The translations under genes and the position numbers were made by a program. A DNA stretch of 32,000 nt from Mycolicibacterium smegmatis (lineage in GTDB: Bacteria; Actinomycetota; Actinomycetes; Mycobacteriales; Mycobacteriaceae), in NCBI RefSeq assembly GCF_001457595.1, contig NZ_LN831039.1, positions 3,810,001 to 3,842,000 on the forward strand, given 5' to 3'. The first letter of the stretch is position 1; the number at the start of each line of letters is the position of its first letter. Below, piece by piece: positions 1 through 9,082 of this stretch. The notes under the pieces are model-generated. The model did not search any database. It was not told the origin of the DNA and was given only the letters and a program-made list of their open reading frames with translations.

Positions 1-27
1 GAGACCACGGGCGAGAAGGGCGACGGG

Positions 28-246
28 GTGTGGGCGATCTACACCGTCGACGACGAGGGCGGCGCTCACATCGAGCAGGTGTTCCCCACCGAGCTCGACG
101 CGTTGCGGGCCAACGCGAGCAACACCGACCCCTCACGCCGTGTGCGGTTCCTGCCGTACGGCATCGCGGTGAGCGTGCTCGACACGACACCACGATCCTC
201 TGGTTCGGCCACCGACGCGGATTCGGGTGCCGCCACAGACGACTGA
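28..246 (+). CDS. Hypothetical small acidic protein; the reading frame is open to the window edge, so the true start may lie upstream
   Basis: 72-aa ORF (MWAIYTVDDEGGAHIEQVFPTELDALRANASNTDPSRRVRFLPYGIAVSVLD) with ordinary protein-like composition. The GTG at 28 is a possible start, but the frame continues upstream through 1-27. Confidence 0.6.
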   Translation: MWAIYTVDDEGGAHIEQVFPTELDALRANASNTDPSRRVRFLPYGIAVSVLDTTPRSSGSATDADSGAATDD

Positions 247-347
247 TCGGGGCGCAAAAGGCGACGGGTCGGCGCGGACACCGGTTACGCTTCTGCCCCA
301 AGGGGCCCGCCTGCGTTCAGGCCGGCCGGCAGAGCTGAGGGTGGAGC

Positions 348-773
348 ATGATTCGCGAACTTCTCGTGGCGACGGCGGTCGCCGGTGCCGCGCTGGCAAC
401 GGCATCCGCGGCGGCGGCCGACGACGACAGCAACATGTACTTCGACGAGCCCGGTCGCTATTCGACGGACGTGCCCGGCATGAGCTACGAGGCGCACATG
501 GGCGCGCCGTGCTTCAGCTGGGACCGCAACGTGTTCGGCCGGGGTCCAGGCGGAGTGGCCATGCAGTGCAAGTGGATCCCCAACCAGTGGCCGCCCGTCT
601 CCACCGGGTTCTGGACGTATTCGTACCCGCTGCACGGCGTGCAGGACATCGGCGCGCCGTGCCCCGGCCCGCAGGCCGCGGCCCAGTCACCTGACGGCAG
701 GCCCATGCTGTGCCTCGGCGAGCGCGGCTGGCAGCCGGGCGTGTTCACGGGGGACGGCTTCTTCCCGGTGTGA
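348..773 (+). CDS. Secreted hypothetical protein with an N-terminal signal peptide
   Basis: 141-aa ORF beginning MIRELLVATAVAGAALATASAAAADDDS, a classic signal peptide with an AxA-type cleavage region. The mature part is Cys/Trp/Pro-rich. Confidence 0.75.
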   Translation: MIRELLVATAVAGAALATASAAAADDDSNMYFDEPGRYSTDVPGMSYEAHMGAPCFSWDRNVFGRGPGGVAMQCKWIPNQWPPVSTGFWTYSYPLHGVQDIGAPCPGPQAAAQSPDGRPMLCLGERGWQPGVFTGDGFFPV

Positions 774-845
774 TCCCGGCCGTCCCAGGCCATACGCACA
801 GGCGCTTGTCGTATGGTCTTGGGACCCACGTCACACAGGAGTGCC

Positions 846-2501
846 ATGAGCGTTTCTTTCGATCTGTCCACGGTGTTTTCCACGGTGGCCGCGGCGGTGC
901 CCGACCAGACCTTCGTGGTGTGGCGTGACCGCCGGTTGACCTACGCCCAGTTCGACGCGCACGTCGACGGTTTCGCACACTTCCTCGTCTCGGCGGGCCT
1001 CGGCGTGCACACCGAACGCGCCGCGCTCGCCGGCCACGAGTCGGGCCAGGACCATCTCGGCATCTACCTGCGCAACGGCAACGAGTACCTCGAGGCGATG
1101 ATCGGCAGTTACCGCGCGCGGGTCGCCCCGTTCAACGTCAGCTACCGCTACGTCGAGGAGGAGCTGCTCTACCTGCTCACCGATTCCAACGCCCGCGCCC
1201 TGGTCTACAACGCCGAGTTCGCACCACGCGTCGCCGCGATCCGCGACCGGTTGCCCAATCTCGCGGTGCTCATCCAGGTCGCCGACGATTCCGGAAACGA
1301 ATTGCTGTCCGGCGCAGTCGATTACGAGGCGATCCTGGGCACCCCTGAACCCGAGGGCGGGATGCCGGTGCCGTCGGGTGACGACCTCTACATCCTCTAC
1401 ACGGGCGGCACCACCGGCATGCCCAAGGGCGTGCTGTGGCGTCAGCACGACATCTTCCTGTCGTCGATGGGCGGACGTCCGTTCGGCGCCGAGAACTTCC
1501 TGAGCTCATACGAGGAACTGGCCGACAAGGCCCGCGCGTCGGCGGGCGCGATGTCGATGCTGATGATCCCGCCGTTCATGCACGGCGCCGCGCAGTGGGC
1601 CTCCTACACCGCGATCACGATGGGCGGAAAACTCGTGATCCCCGACGATGTGGTGCGCCTGCGCCCGGACGCGGCGTTGCGACTCGCCGAACGTGAACGC
1701 GTGATGAGCATTCCGGTTGTCGGCGACGCCATCGCCCGCCCGTTGATCGACGAGATCGAGGGCGGGAACTACGACCTGTCCGGGCTGGTCACCATCAGCA
1801 ACGGCGGCGCACCGCTGTCCCCGACCGTGCGGTCGCGCATTTTGGCGGCCCTGCCGCACCTGCTGCTGCTCGACGCGGTGGGCGCCTCGGAATCGGGCGC
1901 CCAGATGAGTGCGTACACCACCAGTGGCGCCGAGACCCAGCCCGCGACGTTCACGCCGCAACCCGACACCGCCGTGGTGTCCGAGGACCTCACCCGCGTG
2001 CTCGGCCCCGGCGAAGGTGGCGGCTGGCTGGCCCGGCGCGATCTGATCCCCCTGGGTTACCTCGGCGACGCCGAGAAGACCGCGCGCACCTTCCCCACCG
2101 TCGACGGCGTGCGTTGGTCGGTGCCCGGCGACCGCGCAAACGTCTTGCCGGACGGGCGCATTCAGCTGCTGGGCCGCGACTCGGTCACCATCAACTCCGG
2201 CGGCGAGAAGATCTTCGTCGAGGAGGTCGAACGTGCCATCGCCGCACACCCGGCGGTCTACGACGTCGTCGTTGTGGGTCGGCCGTCGGAACGCTGGGGC
2301 AGCGAGGTCGTCGCGATCGTCCAGTTCGCCGAAGGCGCGTCAGCCACTGACGACGAACTCGTCGAGGTGTGCGAGCGCTCGATCGCGCGCTACAAGATCC
2401 CCAAGGCGTTCATCCGGTCACCCGAGATCGTGCGTTCGCCGGCAGGCAAGGCCGACTACCGCTGGGCCAAGCAGATCGCGGCGGAGGCCGTCTCGACGTG
2501 A
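846..2501 (+). CDS. Acyl-CoA synthetase / AMP-binding enzyme (FadD-like)
   Basis: AMP-binding motif YTGGTTGMPKGVLWRQHD and a C-terminal adenylation subdomain (GRDSVTINSGGEKIFVEEVE...YKIPKAF...SPAGKADYRWAK). The ORF track starts at 813, but the ATG at 846 (MSVSFDLSTVF) is a better start. Confidence 0.85.
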   Translation: MSVSFDLSTVFSTVAAAVPDQTFVVWRDRRLTYAQFDAHVDGFAHFLVSAGLGVHTERAALAGHESGQDHLGIYLRNGNEYLEAMIGSYRARVAPFNVSYRYVEEELLYLLTDSNARALVYNAEFAPRVAAIRDRLPNLAVLIQVADDSGNELLSGAVDYEAILGTPEPEGGMPVPSGDDLYILYTGGTTGMPKGVLWRQHDIFLSSMGGRPFGAENFLSSYEELADKARASAGAMSMLMIPPFMHGAAQWASYTAITMGGKLVIPDDVVRLRPDAALRLAERERVMSIPVVGDAIARPLIDEIEGGNYDLSGLVTISNGGAPLSPTVRSRILAALPHLLLLDAVGASESGAQMSAYTTSGAETQPATFTPQPDTAVVSEDLTRVLGPGEGGGWLARRDLIPLGYLGDAEKTARTFPTVDGVRWSVPGDRANVLPDGRIQLLGRDSVTINSGGEKIFVEEVERAIAAHPAVYDVVVVGRPSERWGSEVVAIVQFAEGASATDDELVEVCERSIARYKIPKAFIRSPEIVRSPAGKADYRWAKQIAAEAVST

Positions 2502-2502
2502 A

Positions 2503-2814
2503 TCAGCTTGCGGCGCTGCCGTTTTCCTGATCGTCGTCGGCGACGGCGATCGGCCGCAGGTACGTCCACACGAAGAAGATCGCGGCGACGGCGATCAGTG
2601 CGACGCCCACCCACCAGTTCGCGTCGGTGCCGACGTAGAGGTCGACGCGATTGTCGGCGGGCCCGCTTTCGCGCTCGGCCAGCAGCCCGGGAGCCAGGCC
2701 GGCGATGACCAGCACCACGCCGTAGATCGCCATGAGCGCGCCGATGATGCTGCGGATGTCGAACAGGCGGAACCTGCGCTGTGCGTTGGCGTTACCGGGG
2801 GTTTTGTCGGACAT
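2503..2814 (-). CDS. Small membrane protein with two predicted TM segments, adjacent to an SSS-family symporter
   Basis: 103-aa ORF with hydrophobic segments SIIGALMAIYGVVLVIAGLAPG and WWVGVALIAVAAIFFVWTYL. It lies immediately downstream of the symporter on the same strand. Confidence 0.7.
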   Translation of the reverse strand: MSDKTPGNANAQRRFRLFDIRSIIGALMAIYGVVLVIAGLAPGLLAERESGPADNRVDLYVGTDANWWVGVALIAVAAIFFVWTYLRPIAVADDDQENGSAAS

Positions 2815-2827
2815 TCGGACTCCAGGT

Positions 2828-4552
2828 TCAGTGGAAGACGATGTTGAGCACGACGGCGAGACCCAGCGCGACGGCAGCCAGCGGGGTTGCCCTCAGATAC
2901 CAGGGTCTCCCGGCACTCTCGGGGTCGTGGAAGATCTCGCGCGGGGTCTCCGAGTACACCAGGCCCGCGAGTTCGTGCGCGGGCTTGGGTGTGGTCACCA
3001 GGCTCACCACGACGCTGACCGCGATGTCGACGACGAACGCGGCAGCGGCCGCCACGAACGGCACACCCTGGCCGGGCAGGTTGATGACGCCGCTCTCCCC
3101 CAGCAGGAAAACCGTGACGGCCGAGAGCGTTCCGGCCACCAGGCCGGTCCAGCCGGCGGTCGAGGTCATCCGGCGCCAGAACATGCCGAGGATGAACGTC
3201 GCGAACAGCGGCGCGTTGAAGAACCCGAACAGCGTCTGCAGATAGTCCATCAGGTTCGAGTAGCCCGCCGCGATCAGCGCGGTGAAGATCGCGAGGATGG
3301 TCGCGGCCACCGTCGCGATCCGGCCGACGCCGATGTAGTAGTTGTCCGGCCGGTCCTTGACCACGTACTGCTGCCAGATGTCGTAGCTGAACACCGTGTT
3401 GAACGCCGAGATGTTGGCGGCCATACCCGCCATGAACGATGCCAGAAGACCCGTGATGGCCACGCCGATCAGACCGTTGGGCAGGATGTCGCGGATCATC
3501 ACGAGCATGGCGTCGTTGTAGGTGACCTCGCCGGAGCCCGTCGACTTGAGATGGACGACGTCGCCGATCACCGCACCGGCGATCATGCCGGGGATGACCA
3601 CGACGAACGGGATGAACATCTTGGGGAACGCCGCGATGATCGGCGACCGTCGTGCCGAGGAGATCGAGTCCGACGCCATCGCGCGCTGCACCTCGACGAA
3701 GTTCGTCGTCCAGTACCCGAAGGACAGCACGAAACCGAGGCCGAACACGATGCCGATCACCGACCACACCGGGCTGGAGAAACCCGACAGCGCCTGACCG
3801 GGCCACGTGGTGAGCTGTTCGTCGACCGACGCGGTGACCGCGCCGTCGGACATGGTGTCGATCACCTTGTCCTTCAGGCCACTCCAGCCGCCGACCTTGA
3901 TCAGGCCGAAGATCGTCAGCGGCACCAGGAAGGCGAGGATGACGAAGAACTGCAGCACCTCGTTGTAGATGGCCGCCGAGAGTCCGCCCAGCGCGGTGTA
4001 GGTGAGCACGATGAGCGCCGCGACGATCAGCGACAGCCACTGGTTCCAGCCCAGCAGCACGTTGATCACGGTCGCGAGCAGAAACAGGTTGACGCCCGCG
4101 ATGAGCACCTGCGCGACGGCGAAGCTGATGGCGTTCACCAGGTGCGCGCCCGGCCCGAACCGCCTGCGCATGAACTCGGGCACGCTGCGGACCTTGGAGC
4201 CGTAGTAGAACGGCATCATCACGATGCCGAGGAACACCATGGCCGGGACGGCGCCGATCCAGTAGTAGTGCATGGTCGACAGGCCGATCTCGGCGCCGTT
4301 GGCCGACATGCCCATGATCTCGATGGCGCCCAGGTTGGCCGAGACGAACGCCAGGCCCGTCACCCACGCGGGCATGCGCCGCCCGGACAGGAAGAAGTCC
4401 AGGCTCGTCGAGATCTGGCTGCGCGCGACGTAGCCGATGCCCAGGACGAAGACGAAGTAAATCGCGATCAGCAGGTAGTCGATCGCACCGACCGAGAGGC
4501 GCAGGACGTTCTCCGCTGCCAGGTCTGCAGCCAGTGTTGTGGTCGTGGTCAT
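2828..4552 (-). CDS. Sodium:solute symporter (SSS family, SGLT-like), likely a sugar transporter given its neighbours
   Basis: Highly hydrophobic multi-TM protein with SSS-type sequence (DYLLIAIYFVFVLGIGYVARSQISTSLDFFLSGRRMPAWVTGLAFVSANLGAIEIMGMSANGAEIG). Substrate is inferred from adjacency to galT and galK. The start was shifted from 4573 to the ATG at 4552. Confidence 0.85.
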   Translation of the reverse strand: MTTTTTLAADLAAENVLRLSVGAIDYLLIAIYFVFVLGIGYVARSQISTSLDFFLSGRRMPAWVTGLAFVSANLGAIEIMGMSANGAEIGLSTMHYYWIGAVPAMVFLGIVMMPFYYGSKVRSVPEFMRRRFGPGAHLVNAISFAVAQVLIAGVNLFLLATVINVLLGWNQWLSLIVAALIVLTYTALGGLSAAIYNEVLQFFVILAFLVPLTIFGLIKVGGWSGLKDKVIDTMSDGAVTASVDEQLTTWPGQALSGFSSPVWSVIGIVFGLGFVLSFGYWTTNFVEVQRAMASDSISSARRSPIIAAFPKMFIPFVVVIPGMIAGAVIGDVVHLKSTGSGEVTYNDAMLVMIRDILPNGLIGVAITGLLASFMAGMAANISAFNTVFSYDIWQQYVVKDRPDNYYIGVGRIATVAATILAIFTALIAAGYSNLMDYLQTLFGFFNAPLFATFILGMFWRRMTSTAGWTGLVAGTLSAVTVFLLGESGVINLPGQGVPFVAAAAAFVVDIAVSVVVSLVTTPKPAHELAGLVYSETPREIFHDPESAGRPWYLRATPLAAVALGLAVVLNIVFH

Positions 4553-4611
4553 CCACACCTCTGAGTGGTTCAAGATTCGACAAAAACAATCAGAAGGTAA
4601 CAGCTTGATCG

Positions 4612-4630
4612 CCAGGGTATGTCACCCTGG
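4612..4630. repeat. Perfect inverted repeat CCAGGGT-atgtc-ACCCTGG between the symporter and DeoR genes
   Basis: Read directly; 7-bp arms with a 5-nt spacer in the divergent intergenic region. Confidence 0.8.
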
Positions 4631-4711
4631 GTTCGATTTTGTTTGTTATTGTTCGATTCCCCACGTCAGCAATACCCAAACCCGCCGCGTCCGAGGAGGT
4701 GTTCCGCGATC

Positions 4712-5518
4712 ATGCTTGCCGCCGAACGCCGCCGGGCGATCCTGCGGGCCCTCGACGAGGGCGGCGGGGCCGTGCGGGTCGCCGACCTCGCTTCCCGGCT
4801 GCGTGTCTCCGAGATGACGGTGCGGCGCGACCTCGACGCCATGGATGCCGACGAACTGCTGCGCAAGGTGCACGGCGGCGCGGTCAGCCGGCACCACCGC
4901 GGCGAGGAACCCGGCTCCTCGGTCAAGGCCGCCCAGCAGCGCGCCGAGAAGGCCGCGATCGCCGAACTGGCGGCCTCGACCATCGACGACGGGGTCACGA
5001 TCGCACTCAGCGCGGGCACCACGACCACCGAGCTGGCCCGACGGCTGCGCCGGCGCCCGTCGATCACCGTGGTCACCAATTCGCTGTCGGTGTTCGACGT
5101 GCTCACCGGCCGTACCGCCGATACCGCCGACGACGGCACCGAGGGACCGACGGTCCATCTGTGCGGGGGCACCCGCACACCGTCGGATGCCCTGGTGGGT
5201 CCGGTCGCCGAGACGGCGATCGCGTCGTTCCGGGTCGACGCCACCTATGTGGGCGTCCACGGCATCGATCCGGACGCCGGGCTCACCTCACCCAACATCG
5301 CTGAGGCACATACCAACCGGGCGCTGATCGCCATCGGCGCCAAGCTCGTCGTGCTGGCCGACCACACCAAGTACGGCGAGACCGGCACCAATGTCTTCGC
5401 CGACCTCAGGCAGGTCGACACGCTCATCACCGACGACAGACTGGCGGACGCGGATCGCGCGACGCTGGCCGGGCTCGTCGGCACCGTCATGACCGCCGAG
5501 GTGACCACACAACCATGA
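4712..5518 (+). CDS. DeoR-family transcriptional regulator
   Basis: N-terminal HTH (AERRRAILRALDEGGGAVRVADLASRLRVSEMTVRRDLDAMDADELLRKVHGGAV) is typical of DeoR. The C-terminal sugar-phosphate sensor region includes SAGTTTTELARRL. ATG at 4712. Confidence 0.9.
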   Translation: MLAAERRRAILRALDEGGGAVRVADLASRLRVSEMTVRRDLDAMDADELLRKVHGGAVSRHHRGEEPGSSVKAAQQRAEKAAIAELAASTIDDGVTIALSAGTTTTELARRLRRRPSITVVTNSLSVFDVLTGRTADTADDGTEGPTVHLCGGTRTPSDALVGPVAETAIASFRVDATYVGVHGIDPDAGLTSPNIAEAHTNRALIAIGAKLVVLADHTKYGETGTNVFADLRQVDTLITDDRLADADRATLAGLVGTVMTAEVTTQP

Positions 5519-6597
5519 CCCAACCACTGCGCTGGACGCTCGCCGACGGCCGCGAACAGCTGTACTTCTCGTTGCCCGGGCACACGCCCGCCCCGGTCGG
5601 CGACCGCAGACCCCTGCCGCCACGCGGAAACCAGCAGTCCGAACTGCGTTTCGACCGCCAGACCGGTCAGTGGGTGGTCATCGCCGCGCTGCGCCAGGAC
5701 CGCACCTATCTGCCCGCGGCCGATCAGTGCCCGCTGTGCCCCGGCCCCACCGGTGAGACCAGCGAGGTGCCCGCACCCGACTACGACGTCGTGGTGTTCG
5801 AGAACCGCTTCCCCAGCCTGTCCGGCGGCGGGGAGTTCACGTTGCCCGACACCGCGGGCGCGGAGTTCCTGTCGGCACCGGGGCACGGTCGCTGCGAGGT
5901 GATCTGCTTCTCCAGCGACCACACCGGCGCCTTCTCGCAACTGCCGCTCCCCCACGCCCGCCTCGTGGTGTCGGCGTGGCGACACCGCACCGCGGATTTG
6001 TTGAGCCGCAACGGAATCGAGCAGGTGTTCTGCTTCGAGAACCGCGGCGAGGCCATCGGCGTCACGCTCAACCACCCGCACGGGCAGATCTACGGCTACC
6101 CGTACCTGACGCCGCGCACCGAGCAGATGCTGCGCGTCGCCGGGGAACACCGCGCCCGCAACGGCACCAACCTGTTCGCGGATCTGCTGGCACGCGAACG
6201 TGCCGACAGTGTGCGTGTGGTCGCGCAGACCGATTCGTTCACGGCGTTCGTGCCGTTCGCGGCGCGCTGGCCGGTCGAGGTGCACATCTACCCGAACCGG
6301 TTCGCGCACAGCCTGCTCGATCTCGACGACTCCGAACTCGACGAGTTCACCGAGATCTATCGTGACGTGCTGCAGCGGTTCGATCGCATGTATCCCACGG
6401 AGCTGCCGTACATCTCGGCGCTGCACCAGTACCGCGACAGCGAACGGCAGCGCGAGGGGTACTTCCACGTCGAGTTGATGTCGGTGCGGCGCAGCGAGAA
6501 CAAACTCAAATACCTCGCCGGAAGCGAATCGGCGATGGATGCTTTCATCAGCGATGTGACGCCCGAGAGCGTCGCACAGCGACTTCGAGAGGTGTGA
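5515..6597 (+). CDS. galT: Galactose-1-phosphate uridylyltransferase
   Basis: Contains the catalytic [12 protein letters not shown] motif and [11 protein letters not shown]. It overlaps the preceding deoR-type gene by 4 nt and is followed by galK. Confidence 0.93.
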   Translation: MTQPLRWTLADGREQLYFSLPGHTPAPVGDRRPLPPRGNQQSELRFDRQTGQWVVIAALRQDRTYLPAADQCPLCPGPTGETSEVPAPDYDVVVFENRFPSLSGGGEFTLPDTAGAEFLSAPGHGRCEVICFSSDHTGAFSQLPLPHARLVVSAWRHRTADLLSRNGIEQVFCFENRGEAIGVTLNHPHGQIYGYPYLTPRTEQMLRVAGEHRARNGTNLFADLLARERADSVRVVAQTDSFTAFVPFAARWPVEVHIYPNRFAHSLLDLDDSELDEFTEIYRDVLQRFDRMYPTELPYISALHQYRDSERQREGYFHVELMSVRRSENKLKYLAGSESAMDAFISDVTPESVAQRLREV

Positions 6598-7688
6598 CGG
6601 TGGGCGATACGGTCACCTACGCCGCCCCAGGGCGGATCAATCTGATCGGCGAGCACACCGATTACAACCTGGGTCTCGCACTACCCATCGCACTTCCCCA
6701 ACGCGTCGTGGTGCGCTACCAACCAGACGACTCCGAGGCCATCACGGTGTCCAGCGCGCAGGAGTCCGGCGATGTCGTGGTCCCGCTCGACACCACACCC
6801 GGTGACATCACCGGATGGGCGGCCTACATCGCGGGCGTGGTGTGGGCGCTGCGCGACCGGGGCCACCGGGTCGAGGGCGGACGCATGTCGATCACCAGCG
6901 ACGTCGAGATGGGGTCCGGTCTGGCGTCGTCGGCCGCGCTGGAGTGCGCCGTGCTGTCGGCGCTGACCCACGGGTCCGACATGGACCGCGTCGAGCAGGC
7001 CCGCATCGCGCAGTGCGCAGAGAACGTCTATGTCGGCGCCCCGACAGGCCTCATGGACCAACTCGCGTCGTTGTTCGGCGAACCCGGCCGCGCGATGCTG
7101 ATCGACTTCCGCGAACTCTCGGTGCACCAGGTCCCGTTCACCCCCGAGACCGCGGGTCTGACGCTGCTGGTGATGAATTCGCGTGCGCCGCACCGTCATG
7201 CCGGCGGTGAATACGCCGCGCGACGGGCGTCGTGTGAGCGGGTCGCGGCGGCACTGGGCGTCGAGTCGTTGCGCGAGGTGCAGGACCGTGGCCTGGACGC
7301 GCTCGATGCGGTGACCGACGACGAGGATTTCCGCCGCGCGCGCCACATCCTCACCGAGAACCAGCGTGTGCTCGATGTCGTTGCGGCCCTGGAACAGTCC
7401 GATTTCGCCACGGCGGGCGAGATCCTGACGGCATCGCACGCGTCGATGCGTGACGACTTCGAGATCACCACCGCGCACATCGATCTGATCGCCGACACCG
7501 CCGTGCGGGCCGGAGCGCTCGGCGCCCGGCTGACCGGCGGCGGCTTCGGCGGCTGCGTGATCGCCCTCGTGCCCGAAGATCTCGCCGACTCCGTCGCCGA
7601 GACCGTGCGCTCGACGGTCGTCGCGGCCGGTCATCCCGAGCCCACGATCAGCCGGGCGCAGGCCGCGCCGGGGGCGGGCATCGTCTGA
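6594..7688 (+). CDS. galK: Galactokinase (GHMP kinase family)
   Basis: Galactokinase signature [19 protein letters not shown] motif [16 protein letters not shown] and C-terminal [15 protein letters not shown]. Overlaps galT by 4 nt. Confidence 0.93.
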   Translation: MTVGDTVTYAAPGRINLIGEHTDYNLGLALPIALPQRVVVRYQPDDSEAITVSSAQESGDVVVPLDTTPGDITGWAAYIAGVVWALRDRGHRVEGGRMSITSDVEMGSGLASSAALECAVLSALTHGSDMDRVEQARIAQCAENVYVGAPTGLMDQLASLFGEPGRAMLIDFRELSVHQVPFTPETAGLTLLVMNSRAPHRHAGGEYAARRASCERVAAALGVESLREVQDRGLDALDAVTDDEDFRRARHILTENQRVLDVVAALEQSDFATAGEILTASHASMRDDFEITTAHIDLIADTAVRAGALGARLTGGGFGGCVIALVPEDLADSVAETVRSTVVAAGHPEPTISRAQAAPGAGIV

Positions 7689-7763
7689 ACATCTGCCGCC
7701 GCGCGTAACGCCACGGCGGAAAATCGCGCTCGGCACCGCCGTCACGTCACGAACGGCGAGCGC

Positions 7764-8987
7764 TCAGCCCACCAAGACGTCGAGGCGTTCCCATCCACGC
7801 ACCGTCGACGTCGGCGCCAACCGTGCGGTCGAGTAGTCGATGTCCCACTCCGGAAAGCGGTTGAGCAGTTCGTCGAGGGCGACCCGCCCCTCCAGACGCG
7901 CGAGATTCGCGCCAAGGCAGTAATGCAGGCCCTTGCCGAAGGTCAGGTGGCTGATGTTGTCGCGGTGGATGTCGAACACGTCGGGGTCGGTGTACCTGCG
8001 CGGATCCCGGTTGGCCGCACCGAACAACAGCAACATCGCACTGCCCGCGGGCACGGTCTGCCCGTAGGCCTCGAAATCGCGCGCGACCCAACGGGCCACG
8101 TGCGGCCCGGTCGGCTCGAACCGCAGGGTCTCGTCGACGGCGCGGGTCAGCAATGAGCGGTCCTGCTCGATCTGCCGTCGCTGATCGGGATGCTCGGCGA
8201 GCACCTTGGCCAGCCAACCGATGAGCCGGCCGGTGGTCTCGTTGCCCGCCCCGGCCACCACCTGCGTGTAGTGCAGCACCTCTTTGCGCGTGAGCTTGCG
8301 GGTGACGCCGTGCTCGTCGGTGAACTCAACACCCAGCAGCGCGGTCATCAGATCGTCGGACGGGTTCTTCGACCGCCATTCGACGTAGTCGGCGTAGATC
8401 CGGCCGTCGGCGATCTTGTCGGCCTGCGCCACCTTCATCGGGGCACCGGGCTTGGTGCGCAGGTTGGCGTCGTTGGCGTCGCGCACCCCGATCTGCTCGG
8501 ATTCCGGGATGCCCAGCAGCATCCCGATGACGCGCATCGGCATCGTCGACGCCAGCTCGGCGATGATGTCGAATCGGTCGGATCCCACCAGCGGGTCCAG
8601 GCACCGCACGCAGTACCGCCGAATCTGGTCTTCGATCTCGGCCATCCGCCGCGGCGTGAACACCCGCGACATCAGCCCGCGCAGCATCGTGTGCATGGGC
8701 GGGTCGGTGAACATCATGACCCCGGGCGGCATGTCGAAGTCCGACTTCACCAGCTCGAGGATGTCGCTGCGACTGTTGGAGAACGTCTCCCAGTTCGCCA
8801 GGGCGCTTTCGACGTCGGCGTGGCGTGACAGCGCCCAGAAGCCGTAGCGTTCGTTGTGGTAGAGCGGGGCCTCGTCGCGCAACCGGGCGTACACCGGGTA
8901 GGGGTCGGCGACGATACCCACGTCGTAGGGGTCGTAGTAGGGCCCCGCCACGTCCGTGACCACGACACCGCTGTCGTCGACCGTCAT
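7764..8987 (-). CDS. Cytochrome P450
   Basis: Heme-thiolate loop FGKGLHYCLGANLARLEGR, I-helix VVAGAGNETTGRLIGWL, and the ETLRFEP ExxR region. Confidence 0.93.
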   Translation of the reverse strand: MTVDDSGVVVTDVAGPYYDPYDVGIVADPYPVYARLRDEAPLYHNERYGFWALSRHADVESALANWETFSNSRSDILELVKSDFDMPPGVMMFTDPPMHTMLRGLMSRVFTPRRMAEIEDQIRRYCVRCLDPLVGSDRFDIIAELASTMPMRVIGMLLGIPESEQIGVRDANDANLRTKPGAPMKVAQADKIADGRIYADYVEWRSKNPSDDLMTALLGVEFTDEHGVTRKLTRKEVLHYTQVVAGAGNETTGRLIGWLAKVLAEHPDQRRQIEQDRSLLTRAVDETLRFEPTGPHVARWVARDFEAYGQTVPAGSAMLLLFGAANRDPRRYTDPDVFDIHRDNISHLTFGKGLHYCLGANLARLEGRVALDELLNRFPEWDIDYSTARLAPTSTVRGWERLDVLVG

Positions 8988-9012
8988 CGCTCACCTCTGT
9001 CACGCGCCGAAT

Positions 9013-9028
9013 TTGGGCGATCGCCCAA
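9013..9028. promoter_or_regulatory. Perfect 16-bp palindrome TTGGGCGATCGCCCAA in the P450/acyl-CoA synthetase divergent intergenic region
   Basis: Read directly. A second dyad, CTAGAC-N9-GTCTAG, lies at 9032-9052. The regulatory role is inferred. Confidence 0.6.
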
Positions 9029-9082
9029 TATCTAGACTGAGGCCATGTCTAGCAGTCGCCGAGTTGCACGGTCAAGGATCCG

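Noticed and set aside
2732-4564. 610-aa plus-strand ORF antisense to the symporter
   Set aside because: Arg/Asp/His/Gly-rich, repetitive and without domain-like hydrophobic patterning. This is typical of GC3-driven antisense open frames opposite a strongly recognisable SSS symporter.
7689-7763. Weak CCGCCG...CGGCGG pairing between the convergent galK and P450 genes
   Set aside because: Short 6-bp arms with a long loop in GC-rich DNA are expected by chance. It may be a terminator, but this cannot be supported from sequence alone.
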